From a virus (taxonomy: Duplodnaviria > Caudoviricetes), in IMG/VR virus record IMGVR_UViG_3300020036_008739, positions 1-64,000 of that record: DNA of 64,000 nucleotides; one strand, written 5' to 3'. A program made the translations under genes and the position numbers. Under the pieces are notes generated by a model. That model was not told the origin of the DNA. It made no database searches and saw nothing but the letters and a program-made list of their open reading frames with translations. Below are positions 35,776-44,657 of this stretch, in pieces. The number at the start of each line of letters is the position of its first letter. Position 1 is the stretch's first letter.

Positions 35776-37755
35776 TTACTCACATCCGGTACAGGTTACA
35801 GCGTGCAATTCTTCGTTTACAGGGTGAAGATTGATCCCTTTTTCAACAGTGGTGACACCTTGAGCTTTGTCGCCAGATTCACCGCGCATGTAATAGCGAG
35901 TAGGCAAACCAGACTTCCAGATTTTGAAGGTGTCAAATAGCAGCTTGGTGCGGCTAGTGCCGCGAGGGTAGAACAGAGTCAGGCTTTGAGCTTGGCAGAC
36001 AAACTCTTGAGCAATGGCGTAGTGGTCGATCAAATGACTCATATCCACTTCATAAGCAGTACGGAAGACATCTTTTTCCCACGGGGTTAAGTTGGGGAGA
36101 TGCAAAACACTGCCTTTATTAAAGCCGATGCTGTCCCACACTTCAGGGGTATCCATACCATACTTCTTCAAGACTTTACCTAAAGTCTTGTTGACCACAG
36201 TATATGTACCACTCAAGGTTTTGTGAGTGTAGCGGTTGCGAGGCAACAGGCTGCGACCTTCGCTTAGGGTAAACTCATGTGTGCTGGTCATGATTGACAG
36301 TGTGGCTGTTGGAGCGATTGCAATTGTGTTGGTAAATCGACGACCAGAACCAGCCATGTCAGGGGCTTCGCCACGTTCCGCGCCTAATTCAAAATTGGCA
36401 CGATCCATGTGCGTTTTGATAGCCTTACTTGTCCAAGAGGTAAACCCTTTGGCCGCAGCACAGTCAACAGGCAGGTTCCGCTCTTGAAGAGCAGTATGCC
36501 AACCAACAATACCCAAACCAATCGAACGCTCTTGGCTTGCCCCAAAGACAGCCTTAGCCATGCCGTTCAAAGCTTCTGAGATCAACTCTTGAATAGCCTT
36601 CTCAACATCTTCTTCACTGCGCATATAGCCAGAAAGCACTTCACGAGCTTGAAGTTTGAAGAAGGTGTATTCATCAGAGTCTTCAAAGTAGCGTGAGGCG
36701 TTGCGAATGAAGTATTCGAGGACGTTATCCAAGAACATAGCCACATCTTTAAAGAACTGGTAATTGTCCTTGTACTCATCAATATGAACCAAATTGACTG
36801 AGGACAAGCAACAAACAGCGGTACGCAAAGCGTTTGCGTATTGCAAAATCTCGGTACAGAGGTTGGGGTGCGTGATTTCATGACCCAATTCACGGCTAAT
36901 TGGGTTCATGTTACGACGAGTATTGTCTACGAAATGCAAGAACGGTTCACCACGATTATTGGCTGTATCAAGCATAGTGCCTAGCAATTCAGCAGCATCA
37001 ACATAACCCACAATCTCATTGGTCTGAGGAGAACGCAAACCATACTGCGCATTGGCCAGAGCAGCATTCATGAAAGCGTCATCAATGTTGACCCCAATGT
37101 GTAAATTGCGGGTTCGGCGTGAAGCATCTCCCCCCTCGTTACGAAGAGCGATAAACTCTTCAATTTCAGGATGCCACACATCTAGGTAAACGCAATCCGC
37201 ACCACGGCGGTTGGAGCCTTGAGCCACTGCTAATACCAAGCGGTCTTTAACCCCGATAAAAGGGATTGCCCCACCCGTCTTTTGACCTGTTGTGGTTTTG
37301 GAGTGGACTTGACGCAGCTTGCCAGCGTATGAACCGATACCACCACCTTGGGAATTGAGCCAGATGTTTTCGCTGTAGTGTCGAGCGATACCGTCACGGC
37401 TGTCTGGAATGGTGTTGAGGAAGCAACTGATCGGCATTGGCATACGAGTGGTTTGAAAGCAATCAGCGTCAAAGTTTTTAGCCCAATCTTCACCCACATA
37501 CCAATTGGTGCGTTTTGGTGAGTTGGATAGTGTGGGTGATGCAAAGCCAAGCCATTTTTTACGGGCTGAGTAGTCGTACATTCGCAAGCCATGCTCGTAG
37601 TCGCTTGCAAAAGCCATAGCTGTACGCATATACGCATCTTGTGGTGATGTTTCACCTTCTTGCAAGTAACGATCCATGATCGTTTCTTTAGCAAAAATAG
37701 GCATCATATCGTCAAGGGCGTACTCAGGGGTGGGGTTCGAGTGGGGAGATAGCAT
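35776..37755 (-). CDS. nrdA: Ribonucleotide reductase class I alpha subunit (no ATP cone)
   Basis: SPTLSN, ISCFL, QGSNRRGA, PNLCTEI, IAPTAT and C-terminal CTGCE. Confidence 0.95.
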   Translation of the reverse strand: MLSPHSNPTPEYALDDMMPIFAKETIMDRYLQEGETSPQDAYMRTAMAFASDYEHGLRMYDYSARKKWLGFASPTLSNSPKRTNWYVGEDWAKNFDADCFQTTRMPMPISCFLNTIPDSRDGIARHYSENIWLNSQGGGIGSYAGKLRQVHSKTTTGQKTGGAIPFIGVKDRLVLAVAQGSNRRGADCVYLDVWHPEIEEFIALRNEGGDASRRTRNLHIGVNIDDAFMNAALANAQYGLRSPQTNEIVGYVDAAELLGTMLDTANNRGEPFLHFVDNTRRNMNPISRELGHEITHPNLCTEILQYANALRTAVCCLSSVNLVHIDEYKDNYQFFKDVAMFLDNVLEYFIRNASRYFEDSDEYTFFKLQAREVLSGYMRSEEDVEKAIQELISEALNGMAKAVFGASQERSIGLGIVGWHTALQERNLPVDCAAAKGFTSWTSKAIKTHMDRANFELGAERGEAPDMAGSGRRFTNTIAIAPTATLSIMTSTHEFTLSEGRSLLPRNRYTHKTLSGTYTVVNKTLGKVLKKYGMDTPEVWDSIGFNKGSVLHLPNLTPWEKDVFRTAYEVDMSHLIDHYAIAQEFVCQAQSLTLFYPRGTSRTKLLFDTFKIWKSGLPTRYYMRGESGDKAQGVTTVEKGINLHPVNEELHAVTCTGCE

Positions 37756-37779
37756 AGGTGAACTTCCTGAACACTGGAG

Positions 37780-37810
37780 AAAAAGAGACCAGCTTCTTAC
37801 GGCTGGTCTC
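37780..37810 (-). terminator. Rho-independent terminator upstream of nrdA
   Basis: GAGACCAGC-CGUAAGAA-GCUGGUCUC-UUUUU. Confidence 0.8.
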
Positions 37811-37812
37811 TC

Positions 37813-37841
37813 AGTTTAGCAATGGTAAGGGTATGAATCAA
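37813..37841 (-). promoter_or_regulatory. Sigma70-like promoter TTGATT-N17-(TGC)TAAACT for nrdAB
   Basis: Exact spacing, extended -10; predicted +1 inside the terminator 5' arm. Confidence 0.55.
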
Positions 37842-37856
37842 CTGAACAATTTGGTA

Positions 37857-38468
37857 TCAGACAGTTGACTTTTTAGAAGAAACCATATAGCTTTCAGCCA
37901 TCAAAGAGGCATAGTTGGTAGCATCTAAGGCTGAGTCGAGGTGTGGCGTGGGGGATGATTCCATCCGAACCAGCTTAAGCAGCAGCATCAAACCCCACAA
38001 CTCATGGTCTTTAACTTCATAGCCGTAGAGCGTGTTGAATAACTGGCGTACTTTGGGAATACTCCGCTCACCACTCTCTGAATCATAGATGCGTCCACGG
38101 TCTTCTTGAACAGCTAAAGCTGCTTTGAGAAAATCAACGCTTGAGCTTGGGGTTTGCTCTGCGGCTGTTTGCATGGTGAGTGGAAACATCGCTTGAACAA
38201 TGGTTTCACACTGACCAATCAAGTAGTCTTTGAAATCTTGATTGGTCTCAAACTGGGCATGTTTAAGCTCAATTTTAGGAATTAAATCCGTTTGAAAGGT
38301 GCTGGACTCAGGGATAAGACCTAACAGAACGTTTTTAAGAACTGCACAGGCTACTTCAGAATCCGCTTTAGAGTCTAAAGAGGGTTTTAACGCTAGTTTC
38401 TTGGCTTCTTCATAACACCAAGCCGCCAAGACTTCAGAGAGAACTTTAACAAAAAGGGAATAGTTCAT
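37857..38468 (-). CDS. Phage protein with C-terminal DUF6378-like domain
   Basis: LKAALAVQEDRGRIYD...MLLLKLVR...HLDSALDATNYA pattern recalled from nucleotide-metabolism clusters of phages. Confidence 0.55.
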   Translation of the reverse strand: MNYSLFVKVLSEVLAAWCYEEAKKLALKPSLDSKADSEVACAVLKNVLLGLIPESSTFQTDLIPKIELKHAQFETNQDFKDYLIGQCETIVQAMFPLTMQTAAEQTPSSSVDFLKAALAVQEDRGRIYDSESGERSIPKVRQLFNTLYGYEVKDHELWGLMLLLKLVRMESSPTPHLDSALDATNYASLMAESYMVSSKKSTV

Positions 38469-38471
38469 AAA

Positions 38472-38603
38472 TCAATCCTCAACAAAGGTTAGGTCACAGC
38501 CACAACTATCTTCATCCACATGAATCATAATAGTGGCGGCATCAATAGAATCGCAAGGGTCAGGTTGACCCTCGCTATCGGGTTCAAAGTCAAGACAACT
38601 CAT
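38472..38603 (-). CDS. Possible 43-aa acidic Cys-containing peptide
   Basis: Fills the thyX-downstream gap and overlaps the thyX stop; weak RBS. Confidence 0.35.
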   Translation of the reverse strand: MSCLDFEPDSEGQPDPCDSIDAATIMIHVDEDSCGCDLTFVED

Positions 38604-39498
38604 CGAATGAGCCATCTTCAAGCATTTTGCGAAGCTGAGTGTAGCCCTGCAAGTTACCACTTTTGGCTTGCTTATCAGTAAGACCACAAGCTTGGTGTTC
38701 ACTAGGGCTGACGTGCATTGGCTTTGACTCAATGAGTTTGCTAAAAGTACGGCGCTCCCGTTTAACATCTGGCAAAGAGCCTTCCTGCATCAAAAACGAT
38801 GTTCGCGCACATCGAGCAACTGAGAAAACCAAAAGGTCTTTTAAGCCCCAGCTTTCACGCTCAGCCTTGGTGATGTATGGAAGATGCCAATGGAAAGGGT
38901 TATCCTTTTTGGCTGGGTCAATCACTCGCCGGATAGAATCAGCAACAACCAAGGCTTCTTTGATTTTCTTAGCTAAGCTGATAAACTCCGGCTGTGCGCT
39001 ATACTCTAAACGCAACTCCAAGAGGTTATCCCATTCGGTGGATGACCAAACAGCCTTGGTGAAATCCACTGGAACCAGCCAACGGTTTGCCCATTGCTTA
39101 TGCAAACCCACACGGTTAAGATTCCAGCAAATAAACCGAACCATTTGAGCACCCAACCACCAAAAGAATTTGGCTTGCCAAAGTTTCCAACCAGAAAGCT
39201 CAGTGTCGCACTGCATACCTTCTTTGTTTTTACCCCAAACGTATGGACGGTAATACTCGGTCTTCAAGCGGCTAAGCTTTACCTTGGTGGGAATGGCTCG
39301 GTTAGAGCTTGCACTTTTAGAGATAGCTCGGTGTGTGTTGGTTTCAGCTAAGATAATGGTTGGGAAGACCAATTCCAACGTGGTCATCTTTGCTCCAGTG
39401 CCAAGCACCGAGGTGGCTTCAAGAACATTAACTTTGTCAGGAACACCGTACTTCTCAAAAGCTGCCAAGAAGTCATCCAATGTTTTAAAGTCAGACAT
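38590..39498 (-). CDS. thyX: Flavin-dependent thymidylate synthase (phage Thy1/ThyX type)
   Basis: LAETNTHRAISKSASSNRAIP, LHKQWANR, AQPEF, VARCARTSF, HVSPSEHQA motifs. Confidence 0.85.
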   Translation of the reverse strand: MSDFKTLDDFLAAFEKYGVPDKVNVLEATSVLGTGAKMTTLELVFPTIILAETNTHRAISKSASSNRAIPTKVKLSRLKTEYYRPYVWGKNKEGMQCDTELSGWKLWQAKFFWWLGAQMVRFICWNLNRVGLHKQWANRWLVPVDFTKAVWSSTEWDNLLELRLEYSAQPEFISLAKKIKEALVVADSIRRVIDPAKKDNPFHWHLPYITKAERESWGLKDLLVFSVARCARTSFLMQEGSLPDVKRERRTFSKLIESKPMHVSPSEHQACGLTDKQAKSGNLQGYTQLRKMLEDGSFDELS

Positions 39499-40276
39499 GG
39501 TAAATCTCCAAGAAGGCTGCTTCATGTTTGGTCAAGATCAAATCACCAATTGTTGAAGCCACCCAATTGCTAGGCTTTTTCATTTTGCCGCGTGAATCTA
39601 CCCAGCAGTAGCAAGTACGCCCACTCCCCAAGCTTTGCCGTACTTCCCAAGTGTCATCATCTTTACCAGCGTTAAGGAGGTCTTCCTTTTTGGTAAAGTA
39701 TTTGGCTTTGTTAGCCTTAACCACTCGAACCATCGCTTGTTCAAAGGTATTAAAGCCAAAAACTTCAATAAGGTACATAACCAGAGGCTTGGCTTGCAAA
39801 AGAAGAACAAGGCTTTTCGTCAAGCTGCCCATCAGAGCTTGTGTGGCTTCTCCCTTTGAAGAGATGTCTAGGAACCGTACATCCGAGTTTTTCTGACCAG
39901 CCCAGTATGGCTTGTCCAGCATAGCTAGGTCTGAGAGGTTGATCAAAACCTTAATAACCTCTTTGCACTGACGCTCCAACCAAATACCAGTGTAAACCAC
40001 ATCACACAACCCATCCAAAACCTCTTCAAGATTCTTGGCTTTGATGCCGTCATCAATCAACTCGCGCCATTCAAGACCAACAATCCACCGTTGTTTCTCA
40101 ATAGCTTTAACCATCTCTTGGAAAGAGACAAGGCTGAAGTCCAAAGTGTGGCCAGCCACAGCATTAAATTCAAACACATCAGCATCCAATTCAAATAATA
40201 GAGGGGTATGTTTTGGGGTATTGACCCAATCAATAATCCCGTTATTAAACGAATCAATAGTAAGAGCGAGGCTCAT
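39491..40276 (-). CDS. MazG/PRA-PH-like nucleoside triphosphate pyrophosphohydrolase
   Basis: LEWRELI...LEEVLDGLCDVVYT and MVRVVKANKAK motifs. Confidence 0.75.
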   Translation of the reverse strand: MSLALTIDSFNNGIIDWVNTPKHTPLLFELDADVFEFNAVAGHTLDFSLVSFQEMVKAIEKQRWIVGLEWRELIDDGIKAKNLEEVLDGLCDVVYTGIWLERQCKEVIKVLINLSDLAMLDKPYWAGQKNSDVRFLDISSKGEATQALMGSLTKSLVLLLQAKPLVMYLIEVFGFNTFEQAMVRVVKANKAKYFTKKEDLLNAGKDDDTWEVRQSLGSGRTCYCWVDSRGKMKKPSNWVASTIGDLILTKHEAAFLEIYHV

Positions 40277-40277
40277 A

Positions 40278-42131
40278 TTAAATCTCCAAAGGAACAGAAA
40301 TGTATTGGTCAGCATTCTCTACATTCTTATGACTAATCACAAAAATTTGAGAGCACTTACCAAGCAATGAACGTAATGACTCCATGACATTATGAGAGCG
40401 AAGAGAACACATACCCTCATCAACCTCATCAAAAATCATTACAGGGAATACCTTGTTAGTCAGAACAGACCCCAAGGCAATGCGAAGGGATAGGAAAGCC
40501 AAAGCTCCCCCAGACCCCGATAGTATCTCAATTGGCTCACCAGCGTCAACCAGAACATCAATGTTTTCAGTCAACTCAATCTTGGTATGTTTACCACTGC
40601 TCAATTTAGTAAGCAAAGCCGAAGCCAGTTGGTTAACTGAAGGCAATAAATGGCCTTTGATTTGTTGGTGCATAAGCTGAAAACCAGCAACTACTTTTTC
40701 AAGCTCTTCCTTATCAGCTACAGCCTTCTTGACCAGAAGTTGTTTACGCTCATAATCCGCTTGTAATTGGTCGTAGGTCTTCCAAAGAGTTTCTAGCTGA
40801 ATAAACTCTCGCAAAGCCAGATCGTTAGCTTGTTTGGCTTCCTCCAACATTCCCACAGGTAGTAGGTCAGGCTCTTTCAATTCAGCAACTTGATTCTGCC
40901 AAGCCTGATAACGCTTTAAATCAATAGCGTAGTTTTCGTAAGCTTTGATGGCTTGAATCTTCTCTTTGATTAGTTCAGGACTCCCGTAAGTGCTGATTAA
41001 AGAGCTTAGTTTGCCTTCCAGCCGTACTTTAGATTCTTTAAAACCAACTAACTCTTGCTCAATATCAACCACTGCTTGGAAGTACGAGTTTAGAGTTTTA
41101 GCTTGCTCTAAAGACACACTTGGTTTTTCAACCTGATCAGGTACATGATCATATTGCTTGAGGGAGTCAGAAGCCAAGAAGTTTTTATGGTTGCAAACTT
41201 CGCAAACAACAACTCCTTTTGATTGAAGCAACTTTTTCTGATATGAATCTCGATAAAGGTTTGTTTCAGCTTCTAACTTTACAAGGTCATAAGGTTCCTT
41301 GCCCTCAATCTCCTTCAGATGGCCTTTGCGTTTGCGTTCAGCACTTGAAATGGTTTCATGTAAACTTCTTAAACCACTTTCAAGAACAAAAATATCAGCT
41401 ACGGCTTTATTCAACTCAGAAATATTACCCTCAACAAACTCAACCTTTTTTGGTTCAGGAATAGCATTACGCTGGAGGGCGTTTTTAACCGCAAAGTAAT
41501 CTGACCACTCCTTTAACTGAGCGGTTAAAGACTTTGCTTCTTCCAAAATAAGGTTTTGATCACCTCCATAAAAAGGCTTTTCTGGCTTGACGGGTACAGT
41601 AATGCTGGAGCTAAGGTATTCCACTTTAGCTTTGGCTGCTTTTAATTGCTCTTTATACTCTTTGAGAGAGGCTTCAACACCCTCCAAGCCAAGCATACCG
41701 TTAATAACTTTCCGACGCTCAACGGCACTCAATTTAGAAAGGTAACGAATTTCCCCTTGTCGTGAATACACTGAAGACAAGAAGACTTTGAAGCCAAAGC
41801 CAAATAGGTTTTGAACCTCTTGGTTAACAGGCGTTGTGCCTTGAACCTTGTACTCAGGGTCAGCAGGTTTGGTTAATACAGCCATACTTAGAGAGCGGTC
41901 AATTTTGTAGATCGAACCACTGATTTCTAGGGTCAACTGCACCGAGATTTTACCGTAAAACTTTGCAGGTAAACGCAAAGCTTGAGTACCCCACAAAGCA
42001 AAATTAACTGCTTCGAGGATCAGTGTTTTGCCTGTTTCTGAATGGCCGTGGATGCTGATTAACCCTGAGTCAAACTTCAACTCAAAATCACCATGGATTG
42101 GCCAATTGCTCACCTTTACGTTGAGGATCAT
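40278..42131 (-). CDS. SbcC/Rad50/gp46-like ABC ATPase
   Basis: Walker A GHSETGKT, Q-loop YSRQGE, Zn-hook CEVC, signature LSGSGG, Walker B IFDE, ISH. Confidence 0.9.
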   Translation of the reverse strand: MILNVKVSNWPIHGDFELKFDSGLISIHGHSETGKTLILEAVNFALWGTQALRLPAKFYGKISVQLTLEISGSIYKIDRSLSMAVLTKPADPEYKVQGTTPVNQEVQNLFGFGFKVFLSSVYSRQGEIRYLSKLSAVERRKVINGMLGLEGVEASLKEYKEQLKAAKAKVEYLSSSITVPVKPEKPFYGGDQNLILEEAKSLTAQLKEWSDYFAVKNALQRNAIPEPKKVEFVEGNISELNKAVADIFVLESGLRSLHETISSAERKRKGHLKEIEGKEPYDLVKLEAETNLYRDSYQKKLLQSKGVVVCEVCNHKNFLASDSLKQYDHVPDQVEKPSVSLEQAKTLNSYFQAVVDIEQELVGFKESKVRLEGKLSSLISTYGSPELIKEKIQAIKAYENYAIDLKRYQAWQNQVAELKEPDLLPVGMLEEAKQANDLALREFIQLETLWKTYDQLQADYERKQLLVKKAVADKEELEKVVAGFQLMHQQIKGHLLPSVNQLASALLTKLSSGKHTKIELTENIDVLVDAGEPIEILSGSGGALAFLSLRIALGSVLTNKVFPVMIFDEVDEGMCSLRSHNVMESLRSLLGKCSQIFVISHKNVENADQYISVPLEI

Positions 42132-42132
42132 A

Positions 42133-43173
42133 TCAATCTCCAGTGCTGTGGTTGCTTGAGAGGACTTCCCACGCTTGCTCTTTAGATAAAGGGCTGACTG
42201 CGTGTTTGTCCATTGAGGCGTTGAATAGTTGCTTTAAATCGGAAGGGTCTAAATCAAGACTAGCCTCCATGTCTAAAGCATCTTCGGATACTTTGCTGAC
42301 TTCCAGCCCCAAGCAAGAGACTTCTGGAATAGTTTCACCTTCAACCAGACGAAGGCGAACAATGGAGTTTTCCAGTGTCTCTTTAGGCGTGGTCTTTAAC
42401 TGCTCTGAAGTCAAGGTAATAAAACCAGCTTCGTCAGCTAACCCTTCTAAATGAGCATAAGGCATCATTGACCCAACATGGTAAACCACTAAATGGCTTG
42501 GCTTGACCAGAATATCAACTCGTGGCTTATGCTCATGACCGTTAATAACCGCCCAAATACCCTTTTGCTGAATCAAGTCATAGGGGATAGTGTTGCGGTT
42601 TGAATCCCCATAGCTTTCACCGTCTAGGTGAGTAACAATCATCTTGACTGAGCTTTCAAAACTATCCAATTGCTCAGCACAAGTGACAGTATGGTTCCAC
42701 GGAACCAGCCCAATGTTACTGAGCTTGGTTGTGGTGGCCTCAGTAACAAAGCGAATATTCTCGTATAATCCACACTCGTGATAGCTGTCAAACTCGGCTT
42801 TGAGAAAATCAAACGAAGAAATCTTGTTGGTGTTTTTTGAACTGTCATGGTTTCCTGACAGGACATAAACCTCTTTATTGCAGGACTTTAACTCGCAACG
42901 AATAAAGTGCATAACCTTCAAAGAAACCAAGTAGTGTTCAAATAAGTCACCAACGATGACAACTTCTTGAGCATCAGGGTTATTTAAAAGTTTACTGAAT
43001 AGTTGAGCTTGTTTCTGCTCAAGAACACCTCTGTTTTCTGGCTTAACCCTATCGCTGAAGTTTTTTCCTTGGTGTGGATCACCGATAAATTGTACATTTA
43101 CCCCATTGATAGGGATCAACGGGTTCCGCTTTTTCTGTTCAGCAATGGCTACAAACTCTGGTAGAGTAAGCAT
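42133..43173 (-). CDS. SbcD/Mre11/gp47-like metallophosphoesterase nuclease
   Basis: GDPHQG, GDLFE, SGNHD, THL, GHEH motifs; adjacent to the SbcC-like gene. Confidence 0.9.
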   Translation of the reverse strand: MLTLPEFVAIAEQKKRNPLIPINGVNVQFIGDPHQGKNFSDRVKPENRGVLEQKQAQLFSKLLNNPDAQEVVIVGDLFEHYLVSLKVMHFIRCELKSCNKEVYVLSGNHDSSKNTNKISSFDFLKAEFDSYHECGLYENIRFVTEATTTKLSNIGLVPWNHTVTCAEQLDSFESSVKMIVTHLDGESYGDSNRNTIPYDLIQQKGIWAVINGHEHKPRVDILVKPSHLVVYHVGSMMPYAHLEGLADEAGFITLTSEQLKTTPKETLENSIVRLRLVEGETIPEVSCLGLEVSKVSEDALDMEASLDLDPSDLKQLFNASMDKHAVSPLSKEQAWEVLSSNHSTGD

Positions 43174-43194
43174 TTTCAGGCTCCATACGCGCTT

Positions 43195-43223
43195 AAAAAG
43201 AAACCGCCTGAGTAGTAGGCGGC
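43195..43223 (-). terminator. Rho-independent terminator
   Basis: CCGCCU-ACUACUC-AGGCGG-UUUCUUUUU. Confidence 0.75.
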
Positions 43224-43243
43224 GTTAGTTTACCTAGGACGGC

Positions 43244-44032
43244 TCAAAATGGGAGGTCATCATCGAGGTTAGAAGCTTCATACTTCTTCGCCTCGAAATC
43301 AGCAGCAATTAAATCCACCAAATCAGAAGAAGGCATGTCCTTGTATTGGTTTGCGCTCATCTGATCTAGGGTTTCAGTTGCTGGATGAGTATAATCCCAA
43401 ACCCGTTTATTGAAAACAAACTCAGCTTTTTCGTAGGGGTAGACCTTACGTTTGCGATGTTGATCCAGCAAAAGCTCAAGCTGATATGTGCAGTCCGCCA
43501 AAGCGTTGTGCTTTAAGCCCTTGTCACGAAAAGGTTTTTCGTTCAAAGTACGGGGGTCGATAGCTCCACTTGCCCCAGCAACGTAGCTTTTGATCTCACG
43601 AACATTGTAAAAGGCCAACGGGTTGTAGACCTTGCAAACCTTGAAATAGGCTTCAAGGAATAGCCAATCAAAGCCGGAACCATTGACCCAAAGTGTGGGT
43701 TTGTTTTTTCCACACACCTCAATGACCCATTGGGAAAAGGACTGCATGACGATCTGTGCATTTTCAGCACGGGTTTTGATGCTGTTCAAGACAGCCAAAC
43801 GACCAGCATCGCTGTACCACCACCGCATGGTTTCTGGTGAGGAGCCAAAAACTTCAGGGATAGGGAGTAGACAACGGTCGAATGTTCGGGGATGTACTTT
43901 ACCTGTGTCCAAATCAAACGCCACAGCAGCCAGTTGAACCATGTGGTGTTGGTAAGGGATGTTACCCAAAGTCTCAACATCAACAACGATGTGGCTTAAG
44001 GCAGTTTGTCCGTCTGACAATTCCAGAGCCAT
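43244..44032 (-). CDS. DEDDh 3'-5' exonuclease (exonuclease VIII-like domain)
   Basis: VDVETLG, WVNGSGFD, HNALADC motifs. Confidence 0.85.
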   Translation of the reverse strand: MALELSDGQTALSHIVVDVETLGNIPYQHHMVQLAAVAFDLDTGKVHPRTFDRCLLPIPEVFGSSPETMRWWYSDAGRLAVLNSIKTRAENAQIVMQSFSQWVIEVCGKNKPTLWVNGSGFDWLFLEAYFKVCKVYNPLAFYNVREIKSYVAGASGAIDPRTLNEKPFRDKGLKHNALADCTYQLELLLDQHRKRKVYPYEKAEFVFNKRVWDYTHPATETLDQMSANQYKDMPSSDLVDLIAADFEAKKYEASNLDDDLPF

Positions 44033-44439
44033 TTTTGCATCTCCAAAAGTTTAATGGGTTTGCTCGCGTTAACGAGGTCAAACAAATCAGGCATAGGGAT
44101 GGCATAATCCCTAGTCCGAAAATCACCTTGCAATCGTAGCACAAGATAATAGCTTTTACCATTGCGCTTACACTTCTTGATGGCTTGAATCTGGCTCTCT
44201 TCCAAAAGGTTTCGGACATTCAGAGAAACTTGATTAGGTCTCTCTGATCTGTACTTAACCTCTAAAAAGGCTGACTTTCCATCAGGAAAGATAACCACAT
44301 AGTCTGAGGGTTTCTTTGAAACAATGTGGCCAGCATCGGTCGAGTCTTCAAGTCTTAACACCTCAAGGTCTTGACCATAGGTGTTGAGAAGAGAGGTTCG
44401 CACTCTCTTCTCGTGGGCTTTACCTTGGGCTTGGCTCAT
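43996..44439 (-). CDS. PD-(D/E)XK nuclease, Holliday junction resolvase-like (Hjc/RecU)
   Basis: GKAHEK...KPSDYVV...FLEVK motif. Confidence 0.7.
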   Translation of the reverse strand: MSQAQGKAHEKRVRTSLLNTYGQDLEVLRLEDSTDAGHIVSKKPSDYVVIFPDGKSAFLEVKYRSERPNQVSLNVRNLLEESQIQAIKKCKRNGKSYYLVLRLQGDFRTRDYAIPMPDLFDLVNASKPIKLLEMQKWLWNCQTDKLP

Positions 44440-44648
44440 CGTGAAGTCATCTGTTCAGAACGTTGGATTTTCTCATAATCATCCCGACAATCGGTGTCAC
44501 AAAATAAGCGACAACCACCAACCCTTTCTAAGCAGTTGTAACATGTACCTGTTGGTTTCAAAGCTGGCTGATAAACCACTTGCTTAATAGCAAAAGCTAA
44601 CATTAGCTCTTGAGTAGCCGCGTCTTGATCTTCAATATACTCACTCAT
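44436..44648 (-). CDS. DksA/TraR-like C4 zinc-finger protein
   Basis: DAATQELM helix followed by CYNC...FCDTDC. Confidence 0.7.
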   Translation of the reverse strand: MSEYIEDQDAATQELMLAFAIKQVVYQPALKPTGTCYNCLERVGGCRLFCDTDCRDDYEKIQRSEQMTSR

Positions 44649-44657
44649 GATTACTCC

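Noticed and set aside
35144-35827. 227-aa + strand ORF opposite nrdB
   Set aside because: Antisense shadow of a codon-biased gene; no RBS or motifs.
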